Shown here one piece after another: positions 8,916 through 19,676 of a stretch of 64,000 bases of DNA (the first letter of the stretch is position 1; each line of letters opens with the position of its first letter). The notes beneath the pieces are model-generated. The model was not told where the DNA came from. It saw nothing but the letters and a program-made list of their open reading frames with translations, and ran no database searches. A program made the translations under genes and the position numbers. The DNA is from Burkholderiales bacterium (GTDB taxonomy: Bacteria; Pseudomonadota; Gammaproteobacteria; Burkholderiales; SG8-39), in contig DASVFV010000098.1 in the NCBI GenBank assembly GCA_036379875.1, positions 19,828-83,827 of the forward strand, read 5' to 3'.

Positions 8916-9610
8916 TTGCGCGGCGCCGGCGCCGCCTCGCGCCGGCCGAGCATCGCTCCGATCACCGCGGCGAGCAGCGACAGCACCAGTCCGCCAAAGG
9001 TGATCCACGCGGCGCGCGTCGCGGCCGGCTTCATTTCCTCGGCCTTCTGCTGCAGGGCGCCGGACTTCGCGCTCTCTACCGCCTGGCCGATCTTGTCCTT
9101 GGCCTTCGCCGCGGCGTCCCCGGCCTGCTGCTGTGCCTGCTCCGGCGCCGCCTGCGCCGCCGCCTGTGCCGCGCCGCCGACCAGGTTCAACGTGCCGCTG
9201 GCCAGCATGCCCACGCCGCTCGTGGCGAGATAGAGCATGAGGAGCACGCTGACCACCCAGACCAGCGCGCCCTCGAAGAAGCCGGTGGTGCCGTCGGTGA
9301 TCGCGCCGATGCGCGTCGACACCAGGCCGCCGATGAAGAGCGACGCCAGCAACGAGACCGCGCCCCAGATGCCGGCGCCGGTGCCGAGCGTCGAGGCCTC
9401 GGTTTCGCCGGGCTGCGCGGCGGAAATGCCGACCGCCACGCCGAGCGCGGTGAGCAGCATGAGCAGGCCGACCGCGGTCAGCACGCCGCCGAACACGCCG
9501 CCCCACGACACCTTCATGCCGTCGGCATGGAGCAGCGCGGGGTAGGCGAAGCGCCGGCGCTCCGAATTGCGGCGCTCATGATATTGACCTGGATGAATGA
9601 CCGATGCCAT
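8912..9610 (-). CDS. Hypothetical membrane protein with an Ala/Gln/Lys-rich soluble segment
   Basis: Start corrected to MASVIHPGQY (ATG at 9610), with AAGGAG 7 nt upstream. Several TM helices are present, plus a LEA/YtxH-like AQAAAQAAPEQAQQQAGDAAAKAKDK stretch. Confidence 0.65.
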   Translation of the reverse strand: MASVIHPGQYHERRNSERRRFAYPALLHADGMKVSWGGVFGGVLTAVGLLMLLTALGVAVGISAAQPGETEASTLGTGAGIWGAVSLLASLFIGGLVSTRIGAITDGTTGFFEGALVWVVSVLLMLYLATSGVGMLASGTLNLVGGAAQAAAQAAPEQAQQQAGDAAAKAKDKIGQAVESAKSGALQQKAEEMKPAATRAAWITFGGLVLSLLAAVIGAMLGRREAAPAPRN

Positions 9611-9721
9611 GTTGGAATCTCCTTGGATTGACTGGGGTCTGCCGCCGCAAGCACGATGCCTGCCGCGGCGCGGGACTGTTGCTTGCTCGCAGGAAAGCGA
9701 GATCGAGCGCACCGCGCGGGC

Positions 9722-9749
9722 AAAAAAAGAGCGGGCCCAGGGCCCGCTC
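9722..9749 (-). terminator. Rho-independent terminator
   Basis: The minus strand reads GAGCGGGCC-CTG-GGCCCGCTC followed by TTTTTTT, 30 nt after the stop of the 9779-10393 gene. Confidence 0.75.
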
Positions 9750-9778
9750 CCGGCTGAGGCGGGAATCTCGCCCTAGTC

Positions 9779-10393
9779 CTAGTACTTCTTGTTCGACTGA
9801 TCCGCGTCCTGCGATTGCTGGGTGCGGTTGTTGTCGCCCTGCACGTTGGCGTTCTGGTTCTGGTTCGCCTGGTTGGTCTGCGAACCCGCGCCGCCCGAAG
9901 CGGTATTGCCCTGCTTCGTGTCGCCGCTCGCCTGGCTGCTCGAGCCCGAGCCCGCGGAGTCGTGCTTGGAATCCTGCTTCTTCTGCGACGTGTCGCCGCT
10001 GCTCGCCGAGCCGCTGTGGCGGCCGCCATGGCGCTCGTCGTTCATCCCGTGGCCCTTGCCGCGCGTATGGCCCTTCGCCCAGCCCTTGCCGTTGGCATCG
10101 GGATTCTTGTCGTCGCTGCTCGCGCCCGCGGCGCTTTGCGAGCTGGTATTAGCGCCCTGCTGAGTGGCGTTCTGGTTCTGCTCGCCCGACTGCTGGGTGT
10201 TGGAGGTCTGGTTGTCGCTGCCGATGGTCTGGCCGCTCTGGTTTCCGGAGCCAACCTGAGGGTTGGCCTGCACGTTCGGCGACACTGTTACGTCCCCGGT
10301 GCGCGGATTGGCGGTCACGCCTTGGGCAAGCGCGATCTGGCTGAAGGACACGGCCGCAAGGCCGGCAAGCGTATAGCTGAAAATCTTACGCAT
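9779..10393 (-). CDS. Secreted low-complexity Q/N/S/G-rich protein
   Basis: Clear signal peptide (…SQIALA/QG) followed by about 180 aa of polar low-complexity sequence. It has its own terminator. Confidence 0.65.
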   Translation of the reverse strand: MRKIFSYTLAGLAAVSFSQIALAQGVTANPRTGDVTVSPNVQANPQVGSGNQSGQTIGSDNQTSNTQQSGEQNQNATQQGANTSSQSAAGASSDDKNPDANGKGWAKGHTRGKGHGMNDERHGGRHSGSASSGDTSQKKQDSKHDSAGSGSSSQASGDTKQGNTASGGAGSQTNQANQNQNANVQGDNNRTQQSQDADQSNKKY

Positions 10394-10405
10394 CGATTTG
10401 CTCTC

Positions 10406-11563
10406 CTAGAGGGGTTTCCCCGTGTGCGGGGTATGGAGAGCCCTGCTGCAAGCCCTGTGCCCGAAATAAAGCGCCAGGTTGAGCGCCAGCACGATTTGCC
10501 ACACCGGATCGAGCATGAACTGGCCGTAGGTGGCGTAGTCGTGGCCGATCTCGATCGCGCTGAACACGGCGACGATCGCGAACAGGCTGCGGCCCTCGTG
10601 GCTGATCGCATCGCGCAGCGAGAACGCGCGCCGCCCTAGGCGCACCACCGCCCGCCGGGGCAGGCGCGGCGGGTCGCAAGTGAGCCAGTAGGCGAGCGCG
10701 CTGACGAGCAGCAGGGTCGCGCTGCGCATGTCGACCAGCACGCTGAGGACGATCACCAGGTTGGCGGCGTGCAGCGGGAAGCGCACGCCGAAGCCGGCCG
10801 CGGCGAAGCGCAGCGCGAAGCCGGCGAGCGCCATCAATCCGCAGCCCGCCTCCCACGCGAGATCGAACGTCTGGTCGGCAGCGAGGACCGGCGGGCCGCC
10901 TGCGCAGGCGAGCACGAACGCGGCAAGGATCGCCGCGATCGTGGAATGCCAGGTGAGCAGCACGCGTGGCGCCTGCACGCTGTAGAACTCGAAGCCGCAG
11001 CGCCGCGCGCCCGGCGAGCGGAAGGCGAGCGCCCCGCCGCGAAAGGAGACATGCCCGGCGTAGCCGACGATGGCGAAGCCGTCGCGACGCGCCGCGCGCA
11101 ACGAAGCCGGGTTGTCGGCCTGCGCCACCATCACCGCGCGCGTGCGGCCGCGCGCCAGTGCGGCGGTGTCGGCGCGCCGGTAGAGCTCCCCGGCGAGCCC
11201 GCGGCCGCGGTGCTCCGGGTGCACGAACACCTTGTAGGTATAGCGGCTGGACGCGTCGGTCCTCACCCACACCTGGTCGGTGTAGCGCGCCGCCGCGTAG
11301 GCGAGCCAGACGTACCCCGCGACCCGGCCGTTGTCGAGCGCGCCGAAGCAAATGTCGCCCCGCGCAAGGGCGCCGCGCACCCAGGTGGCGCGCAGCCGGT
11401 ATTCGGGGTCGGCGCACAGGGACAACAGCTCGGCCCGGCTCAGCGTACGGAACTCGAAGCGGCTTGATTCCCGAGCTGGCGCCGGGCCGACGTCGCGCGC
11501 CAGCACGCGGCACAGGTCGATGCCGAGATACCGGCGCAGCCTCGCGATCAGCTTGTCCAGCAC
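10406..11563 (-). CDS. GNAT acetyltransferase domain fused to a C-terminal polytopic membrane domain
   Basis: The N-terminal half has a GNAT-like core (VFVHPEHRGRGLAGELY…NPASLRAARRDGF). The C-terminal half has about 5 hydrophobic helices. GTG start. Confidence 0.7.
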   Translation of the reverse strand: MLDKLIARLRRYLGIDLCRVLARDVGPAPARESSRFEFRTLSRAELLSLCADPEYRLRATWVRGALARGDICFGALDNGRVAGYVWLAYAAARYTDQVWVRTDASSRYTYKVFVHPEHRGRGLAGELYRRADTAALARGRTRAVMVAQADNPASLRAARRDGFAIVGYAGHVSFRGGALAFRSPGARRCGFEFYSVQAPRVLLTWHSTIAAILAAFVLACAGGPPVLAADQTFDLAWEAGCGLMALAGFALRFAAAGFGVRFPLHAANLVIVLSVLVDMRSATLLLVSALAYWLTCDPPRLPRRAVVRLGRRAFSLRDAISHEGRSLFAIVAVFSAIEIGHDYATYGQFMLDPVWQIVLALNLALYFGHRACSRALHTPHTGKPL

Positions 11564-11623
11564 GGCGTCCTTTGTAGCGGGATGCGTACAGCGCCATCCA
11601 CCCGCCGCGCCATGCCGGAAGAA

Positions 11624-12433
11624 CTACCCGGCGCGCGCCTCGATGGCGAGCGCTCGCGCGCTGCCGCGGAACGGCTCGGCGCCGCCCACGCGCGCGAGCG
11701 CCGCCGCGCATTTCTCGATGATCGCGTCGAGGTCCAGGCCGCGCTTCTCGAGCAGGGTGCCGCGCGGCGTGCCGCGCAGCTGGCCGATGGCGAGCTCGCG
11801 CGCGCTGCGAAAGCGCACTTCGCGCGTCACCGGCTCGATGCGCGCGTCGCGGAACCCGGCTTGCGCGAGCAGCGCGCGCAGCAGCGCCGGGTCGTTGAAG
11901 GTGAACGGCAGGTCGAAGCGCATCTCCGGGTCGCCCGGAAAAAGCGAAATGAACACCTCGTTGGTCGCGCGGCTGTGCGGGTTGGCGTCGAGGCCGTCCC
12001 AGACGTTGAACACCAGCGCTCCGCCCGGCCTGAGCACGCGGCGCAGCTCGGCGAACAGCCGCTTCTTGTCGGGCACGAACATGACGCCGAACGCGCACGC
12101 GAGCGCGTCGAACTCGCGCTCGGCGAACGGCAGCGCGCCGGCGTCGGCCTGGCGCCATTCGATGCCGGGCGTGCCGGCGAGCTTGCGCTGCGCGAAGCCG
12201 AGCATGGCCTCGCTCAGGTCGGTGGCGACCAGGCGCACGTCGGCCGGCAGGCGCTCGCGCAGCCGGCGCGTCGCCACGCCGGTGCCGCAGGCGAGCTCGA
12301 GCACCGCGCCGGCCGGATGGGCCGGCACGCGCGCCACCAGGTCCTGCGCGAACGCGTCGAACTGCCCGGCGGCCATGATGCCATCGTAGTACTCCGGCAT
12401 CGAGCCGCCGAACGTGGCGCGGACATCCGCCAT
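11624..12433 (-). CDS. Class I SAM-dependent methyltransferase
   Basis: Motif I VLELACGTG and motif post-II LRPGGALVF. The ORF abuts the upstream gene's stop. Confidence 0.85.
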   Translation of the reverse strand: MADVRATFGGSMPEYYDGIMAAGQFDAFAQDLVARVPAHPAGAVLELACGTGVATRRLRERLPADVRLVATDLSEAMLGFAQRKLAGTPGIEWRQADAGALPFAEREFDALACAFGVMFVPDKKRLFAELRRVLRPGGALVFNVWDGLDANPHSRATNEVFISLFPGDPEMRFDLPFTFNDPALLRALLAQAGFRDARIEPVTREVRFRSARELAIGQLRGTPRGTLLEKRGLDLDAIIEKCAAALARVGGAEPFRGSARALAIEARAG

Positions 12434-12434
12434 C

Positions 12435-13469
12435 TCAGCCGCTCTTCAGCTTGAGCAGCCGGCTCGCGTTGCCGAAGTAGATGCGTCGCTTGTCCTCGGG
12501 CTTGAGCTTCATGCCGTCGAGCGCCTTGATGGTCTCGCGGATGAAGAGCGGCCCGCCCTCGGGGTCGAACGGGCAGTCGGTGCCGAACAGCACGTGGCTC
12601 GAGCCGAAGAAGTCCAGCCCGCAGCGGATGCCGCTTGCCCAGCCGTTGATCGAGGTGTCGTTGTAGAACTTCTTGAAGTACTCGACCGGGCGCTTTTTCA
12701 TGCGCTTGCGCAGCCCCTCGTAATCCTCGTCCGAGGTGCGGCTGCCGAACTGGTCCATGCCGTAGCCGACCCGGTTGGCGAGGAACGGCACCATGGCGCC
12801 GAGGTGGTGCGTGATGATCTTCAGGTTGGGCAGCTTGTCGAACATGCCCGAGAACACCATGCGCCCCATGAACACGCTGGTCTCGTACGGCCAGCCGAAC
12901 AGCCACCACATCTCGTATTTCGATTTTTCCTCGGTCTTGTAGTCGGCGAACTTTGCGGTGCGGGTGGGATGCACCCAGATCGGCAGGTCGTAGGTCTTCA
13001 CCATGCGCTCGAAGATCGGGAAGAACTCCGGGTCGTCGAGCGGCCGGCCGTTCACGTTGGTGAAGATCTGGATGCCCTTCGCGCCGAGCCTGGCGATCGC
13101 GCGGTCGATCTCCTCGAGCGCGGCCGGCACGTTGTTCATCGGCAGCGAGGCGACGAAGGCCGGGAACAGATCCGGATGCGCCTTGACGATCTCGGCCATG
13201 CCGTCATTGGCGAGGCGTGCGAGTTCCGGGGTCTCATTTTCGTTCCCCAGAAATTCAACGGCCGGCATGGAGAGGGTGAGGACCTGCCGGTAGCCCGGCC
13301 AGCGCTTCATCATCTTGATGCGCCGCTCCAGGTCCCACAGCACCGGGATGTGCAGCCAGCGCTTCAACTGCGCGGCGAGCGCGGGGTTTCGCTCAGCGAT
13401 CTGCTTCATGCGCTCGAAGTACGCGAGCGGGAAGATGTGCGGAAAGATGTCCAGCTTGACGTTCTTCAT
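12435..13469 (-). CDS. Amidohydrolase_2 family protein (ACMSD-like hydrolase/decarboxylase)
   Basis: 344-aa ORF with typical family layout (DIFPH… , IWVHP, LFGTDCPF). Confidence 0.85.
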   Translation of the reverse strand: MKNVKLDIFPHIFPLAYFERMKQIAERNPALAAQLKRWLHIPVLWDLERRIKMMKRWPGYRQVLTLSMPAVEFLGNENETPELARLANDGMAEIVKAHPDLFPAFVASLPMNNVPAALEEIDRAIARLGAKGIQIFTNVNGRPLDDPEFFPIFERMVKTYDLPIWVHPTRTAKFADYKTEEKSKYEMWWLFGWPYETSVFMGRMVFSGMFDKLPNLKIITHHLGAMVPFLANRVGYGMDQFGSRTSDEDYEGLRKRMKKRPVEYFKKFYNDTSINGWASGIRCGLDFFGSSHVLFGTDCPFDPEGGPLFIRETIKALDGMKLKPEDKRRIYFGNASRLLKLKSG

Positions 13470-13474
13470 AGGCC

Positions 13475-14323
13475 TTGAAACATAACACGCTGCACGGCGT
13501 GCTGTGGATGAGCGGCGCGGTCGCCTCGTTCATGGCGATGGCGATCGCGGTGCGCGAGCTGCAGCGCCACATGGGCTCGTTCGAGATCGTGTTCATGCGG
13601 AGCCTGGTGATGCTGGCCATCGTGCTCTTCATGCTGCCAAAGGCAGGCGTTTCCGCGGTTTTTACCAGGAGATTTCCCGAGCACCTGGCGAGGAACGTCA
13701 TCCATTTCGTCGGCCAGGTGCTCTGGGTGTACTCGATCGGCGCGCTCGCGCTCGCCACCGTGTTCGCGATCGAGTTCACCATGCCGATGTGGACGGCGCT
13801 GCTCGCCTGGCTGTTCCTGAAGGAGCGCTTCAGCGGCCCGCGCCTGGTGCAGCTCGGGCTGGGCTTCGCCGGCGTGCTGATCATCCTGCGCCCGGGCGCC
13901 GGCGAGTTTCACCCCGCGGCGCTCGGCATGATCCTCGGCTCGCTATGCTACGCCTCGTCGTTCATCTTCACCAAGCGCCTGACCTCGACCGACAGCGCGC
14001 TCGCGGTGCTGTTCTGGATGTCGGTGATCCAGACCCCGATCTCGCTCGCCGCGGCCGTGCCGCACTGGGTGACGCCGCTCTGGCGCGACGCGCCCTGGAT
14101 CCTCGGCATCGGCGCCGGCAGCTTCTTCGCGCACTACTGCATGACGCAGGCGATGCGGCTGGTCGACGCCATGGTGGCGGTGCCGATCGACTTCGTGCGC
14201 CTGCCGCTCATCGCGGTGGTCGGCGCCCTCGCCTACGGGGAGCGGTTCGACCCGATGGTGATGGTGGGCGCCGCGGTGATCTTTGCCGGCACCTACTATT
14301 CGCTAAGCCGCGAGCGACGGTGA
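13475..14323 (+). CDS. DMT superfamily (EamA-like) transporter
   Basis: About 10 hydrophobic segments in two EamA-like halves. The TTG start lies only 5 bp from the divergent gene's start, so the start is uncertain. Confidence 0.8.
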   Translation: MKHNTLHGVLWMSGAVASFMAMAIAVRELQRHMGSFEIVFMRSLVMLAIVLFMLPKAGVSAVFTRRFPEHLARNVIHFVGQVLWVYSIGALALATVFAIEFTMPMWTALLAWLFLKERFSGPRLVQLGLGFAGVLIILRPGAGEFHPAALGMILGSLCYASSFIFTKRLTSTDSALAVLFWMSVIQTPISLAAAVPHWVTPLWRDAPWILGIGAGSFFAHYCMTQAMRLVDAMVAVPIDFVRLPLIAVVGALAYGERFDPMVMVGAAVIFAGTYYSLSRERR

Positions 14324-14336
14324 AGGCTGCTGAGCA

Positions 14337-14411
14337 GTCGTCCCCGCGGAGGCGGGGACCCCGTTTCTTTTTCTGCAAATAAATGGGGTTCCCGCCTCCG
14401 CGGGAACGACG
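14337..14411. repeat. Composite palindromic REP/MITE-like element, copy 2
   Basis: GTCGTCCCCGCGGAGGCGGGGACCCC, an AT-rich spacer, then GGGGTTCCCGCCTCCGCGGGAACGAC, 14 nt after the DMT stop. Confidence 0.8.
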
Positions 14412-14498
14412 TCCAGAGAGCTTTGTTACAGTTTCAGTAGTCCTTCCGGAGCACCGGCCCGGCATCGTGGCAGCGCGGTTGCCTTCCTAAGATGGCGC

Positions 14499-14876
14499 AT
14501 GGACGCGCAATACCTGCCGCTGGCCCGGGCGGCGACGCTGCTCTACGCGCGGCTATTCCCGGGCGACAAGGTGAAGGACGCGAAGACGCTCGACCTGCTG
14601 GCGGTCGCGATCTCGGCGCGCCTGCCGCTCTACCAGCAAGAGGTGGAGAACGGCCCGGTCAGGCAGGTGGCCGCAAAGGACATCGAGCGCGGGCGCTTCA
14701 CGCGCGGCGCGGCGCGCCTGGAGGTGCCGGATCGGGCGCCGCTGCGCTTCCTCCTGGTGTCGCGCGCAGCGCTTTACGCGGCGCTCGACGCGATGGCGAA
14801 AGACCCTACTTTGACGAAGTGCCGCCCGCAGTCCCACCCACGGCTGCCGGCGTATTCTTCTGCGCGAGGCGCTTGA
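14499..14876 (+). CDS. Hypothetical protein (weak call)
   Basis: 125-aa ORF with no recognisable domain. Its 3' end overlaps the convergent MlaC-like gene by 71 nt. Confidence 0.3.
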   Translation: MDAQYLPLARAATLLYARLFPGDKVKDAKTLDLLAVAISARLPLYQQEVENGPVRQVAAKDIERGRFTRGAARLEVPDRAPLRFLLVSRAALYAALDAMAKDPTLTKCRPQSHPRLPAYSSARGA

Positions 14877-15431
14877 TCAGGCCGTCGACGCCCTCCTGCT
14901 TCACCACCGCGTCGAACTCGCTGCGGTAGGTGAGCACCAGGCTCACGCCTTCCACGACGATGTCGTAGATCTTCCAGCCGTGGTCGGTCTTGTGCATCGA
15001 GTAGTCGATCAGCACCGGCTTGCCGCCAGGGCGGATGAACTGGTTGCGCACCGTGGCCTCGCTGTCGCCCGGCTTCGCGCGCGAGGGCAGCACCTTCATG
15101 GTCTGGCCCTGGTAGGCGCTGATCGCGTTCGAGTAGGTGCGTACCAGCATGTTGCGGAACTCGGTGACCAGGCGCTTCTTCTGCTCGGCGCTCGCCTGCG
15201 CCCAGCCGCGCCCTGCCGCGAGGCGAGTGGCCTCCTCGAAGTCGACGTGCGGCAGGATCTTCTCTTCGGCGAGCTTGATGGCCTTCTGGCGGTCGCCGGC
15301 GGCGAGCTGCTTGTCGGTCTTGATCGCCTCCATCACCTCGCTCGTCAACTTCTTGACGAGCTCCTCCGGGCCGAGCTCCTGGCCGAGCGCCGGGACGGCG
15401 AAGAAAAACGCTAGTACCCATAGAAAGCGTG

Positions 15432-15435
<4 letters not shown>
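14806..15435 (-). CDS. MlaC/Ttg2D family periplasmic phospholipid-binding protein (orphan)
   Basis: Signal peptide and the hallmark WKIYDIVVEGVSLVLTYRSEF motif. The start overlaps the response-regulator stop (ATGA). Confidence 0.85.
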
Positions 15436-16814
<1,379 letters not shown>

Positions 16815-16863
16815 CACCCTTACCTCTTCTCTCCTTGAGAATGCCGATTGTTGCGATGCATCT

Positions 16864-18327
16864 TTACGCGGCGTCGGCCAGCGCACGCGCCGAACGGCGC
16901 GGCAGCGTTACACGAAAATGACCGCCGGCGTCGCCGCCCACCACCGCGATCTGGCCGCCGTGGGCCTCGACAAGTTCCCGCGCGATCGCGAGGCCCAGGC
17001 CGCTGCCCTTCACGCGTACCGCGCTGCCCGCGGTGCGCCCGCGGAAGAACAGGTTGAAGATCGAGTCGCGCTCCTCGGCCGGCACGCCCGGCCCGGTGTC
17101 GTGCACGTCGATGATCGCCTCGCCGGCCACCGCTTTCGCGGAAACCGTCACGCTGCCGCCCGCGGGCGTGAACTTCACCGCGTTCGAGATCAGGTTGTCG
17201 ACGATGGAGCGCAGCTTCTCCGGGTCCGCTTCCACGGTGGCGGACTCGGCGTCGACCAGCAGCTTGAGCCCCTTCGCCTGCGCGGCGAGCTCGTGCGCCC
17301 GGGTGGCCTCCTCGACCAGGTGCTCGAGGGAAACGGGCTGGACCTGCAGCGACGCCGCGGCGTGCAGCGCGCGCTGGTAGTCGAGCAGCTCCTCGATCAG
17401 GCGCTGCAGCTTGATGCTGTTGTCCTTCATGATCGCCACCACGCTCCGCTGCGGCGGCGCGAGCGGGCCGGCCACCTGGTCGTTCAGGAGCTCGGCGCCC
17501 TCGCGCAGCGCGGTGAGCGGCGTCTTCAGCTCGTGCGAGACGTGGCGCAGGAAGCGGTTTTTCTGCGTCTCGAACTCCTCGAGCCGCCGGCGCAGCCAGT
17601 CGAGCCTTCTCCCCAGGTAGCGCAAGTCCTCCGGCCCGCGCACCGCGATCGGGCGCGAGAAGTCGGCGCCGCCGAGCTGGCGGATCGCCGCGTCGATCTC
17701 GCCGATCGGGCGCGCGATGTAGCGGGTCAGCGCGAGGGCAATCGCGAGCGCCACCGCGGTGGAGAAGATGAGCAGCAGGATGATGTTGCGCTGGACCTGC
17801 TCGGCGCTGTGGCGCAGGCGCTCCACCTCGCGGTCCACCACGCGGTTGTTGATCGCGAGCACGTCGCGCGCGCTGTCGATCAGGAGATCGAGCCGCGCGC
17901 CGATGTCCTTGGGATTCAGGCGCTCGGTGCCCGAGGTGAGCGTCTCGTAGAGCGCCTGCTCGTGCTGCACCGTGACGCTGAGCGCGTCGGCCTGCGCGTT
18001 GTCGAGCGGCAGCTGCGCGATCTCGTCGGCGAGCTGCTTGAAGCCGCGGTGCACGCGCGCGTAGTCGAGCGCGAGCTCCGCATCCTTGAGCAGCGCCATC
18101 TGCTGCGCGACGCGCTCGATCGCCGCGATGCGATCGACCAGCGAGCGGCTCGCGCGCGCCGCCTGCGAGGCGTTGAACACCGCGGTGCGGCTCTTGCCCG
18201 CGAGGCGCTCGGTGTTCCACGCCGAATAGGCCAGCGCGCCGACCAGCGGCATGATCACGAGCGTGAAGCCGCCGAGCAACAGCGCGAGGAACGAGCGCGG
18301 GTAAAAAAGCATGCGTGATGTTTCCAC
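16864..18327 (-). CDS. Sensor histidine kinase (2 TM, periplasmic helical domain, HAMP, HisKA, HATPase; GlrK/QseE-like architecture)
   Basis: H-box HVSHELKTPL and G-box GSGLGLAIA. An alternative ATG start exists at 18312. Confidence 0.9.
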   Translation of the reverse strand: METSRMLFYPRSFLALLLGGFTLVIMPLVGALAYSAWNTERLAGKSRTAVFNASQAARASRSLVDRIAAIERVAQQMALLKDAELALDYARVHRGFKQLADEIAQLPLDNAQADALSVTVQHEQALYETLTSGTERLNPKDIGARLDLLIDSARDVLAINNRVVDREVERLRHSAEQVQRNIILLLIFSTAVALAIALALTRYIARPIGEIDAAIRQLGGADFSRPIAVRGPEDLRYLGRRLDWLRRRLEEFETQKNRFLRHVSHELKTPLTALREGAELLNDQVAGPLAPPQRSVVAIMKDNSIKLQRLIEELLDYQRALHAAASLQVQPVSLEHLVEEATRAHELAAQAKGLKLLVDAESATVEADPEKLRSIVDNLISNAVKFTPAGGSVTVSAKAVAGEAIIDVHDTGPGVPAEERDSIFNLFFRGRTAGSAVRVKGSGLGLAIARELVEAHGGQIAVVGGDAGGHFRVTLPRRSARALADAA

Positions 18328-18348
18328 GACATTGGACCGGAGCCAATG

Positions 18349-19674
18349 TCACACGTTCACGACGCTCCTGCGCTCGGGGCGTCGCTTTTCGACGACGACC
18401 TTGTCGTGCGAGGGGACGTCCTCGGTCACCACCGCGTTCGCGCCGATGCTGGCCCCGCGCCCGATGCGCACCGCGCCGATCACCTTGGCGCCCGGCCCGA
18501 TGCTGACGTTGTCCTCGATGGTCGGCCCGCCCAGCAGGCTGACCTGGTGCATGACGGTCACTCGGCTGCCGATGCGCGTGCCCGCCTCGATCACGATGCC
18601 GAAGGGGTAAGGCATCAGGACCGGCGAGCCGAGCCGCGCCCGGATCGAGCAGCCCATGAAGAACTGCACCAGCGGCAGCTTGTTCCGCACCGCGAACTGC
18701 AGCAGGCGCGCCGCGAACGGGTTCTCGCCGACCAGCGCCTCGGGGTAGCGGTGCTCGACGCGGCACTCGAGCCAGCGCAGGATCGCGCGCTCCGCGGCCA
18801 CCACGGCCTGCGCGAGGCCGCGGTCGCTGCGTACCCCGACCACGTCGGGATGGTCCTGGTGCGCGTCGAACACCACGCGCAGCCCGGGGCGCGGGCCGCG
18901 CGTGCCGGCCTCGTGCAGGGTGAGCCCGAGCGGCGCCAGGTCGCGCGCCACGTGCCCCATGACCTCGGTGCGCACCACGCTTTCGCGGCCCATGAAGAGC
19001 ACCGCGGCGCGCGCCGGCTGCACGAGGTTGCGCAGCGCCGCGGCGAGCCAGGCGATCGCGTCGGCCGGCTCGGGCAGCACCGCGCGGCGCAGCGCGCGGC
19101 GCAGCGCCGGCAGGCTGGCGCGCACCGCGCTCCATTCGCCGTGCTTGGCGGCCTGCGCGAGCAGGCGGATGTTCTGGCTGGAGCGCCAGAAGCGCGCCAC
19201 CCGCTCGATGGCGCCGCGGCTGTCCCGGGTCCACAGCGCGCACAGCCAGGCGGCGCGCTCGGCCGGCAGCTCGGCGCTCTCGACCGCGTCCACCAGCGCG
19301 TGCGCGAACTGCGCGTCCGGCGCGCCGGCGAGCAGCTCCTCGGCGCGCAGATAGCAGCGCGGGCCGCGGCAGAAGTCGCTGCAGATGCGCACGCCGAGGA
19401 AGCGCGGCCGCCCCACCTCGTCGCTCCACGCCAGCATGGCGCGCCAGGCGCGCGCGTCCTCCGGGTGGAGCTGCACCAGCTGCAGGTCGAGCTCGTGGCA
19501 GAAGCGCGCGATGGCGCGCGGCATGGCGGACAGCGCCTCGCGCGCCACCGCGAGCTGCACGAGGGGCGGAGCGCGTTCCGGGTAGCCGCTCGTGTCCCCG
19601 AGCACGCGAAAGCGCGTGCCCTCCTCGCTCAAGCGGTCGAACAGCGCCTGGGCGACGTAGCCGCGGTCGTCCAT
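18349..19674 (-). CDS. Fusion protein: uncharacterised ~300-aa N-terminal region plus a C-terminal serine-acetyltransferase-like hexapeptide (LbH) domain
   Basis: Start corrected to MDDRGYVAQ (ATG at 19674, 2 nt after the upstream stop). The C-terminus IEAGTRIGSRVTVMHQVSLLGG…IGPGAKVIGAVRIGRGASIGANAVV is a hexapeptide-repeat acyltransferase. Confidence 0.75.
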   Translation of the reverse strand: MDDRGYVAQALFDRLSEEGTRFRVLGDTSGYPERAPPLVQLAVAREALSAMPRAIARFCHELDLQLVQLHPEDARAWRAMLAWSDEVGRPRFLGVRICSDFCRGPRCYLRAEELLAGAPDAQFAHALVDAVESAELPAERAAWLCALWTRDSRGAIERVARFWRSSQNIRLLAQAAKHGEWSAVRASLPALRRALRRAVLPEPADAIAWLAAALRNLVQPARAAVLFMGRESVVRTEVMGHVARDLAPLGLTLHEAGTRGPRPGLRVVFDAHQDHPDVVGVRSDRGLAQAVVAAERAILRWLECRVEHRYPEALVGENPFAARLLQFAVRNKLPLVQFFMGCSIRARLGSPVLMPYPFGIVIEAGTRIGSRVTVMHQVSLLGGPTIEDNVSIGPGAKVIGAVRIGRGASIGANAVVTEDVPSHDKVVVEKRRPERRSVVNV

Positions 19675-19676
19675 TC

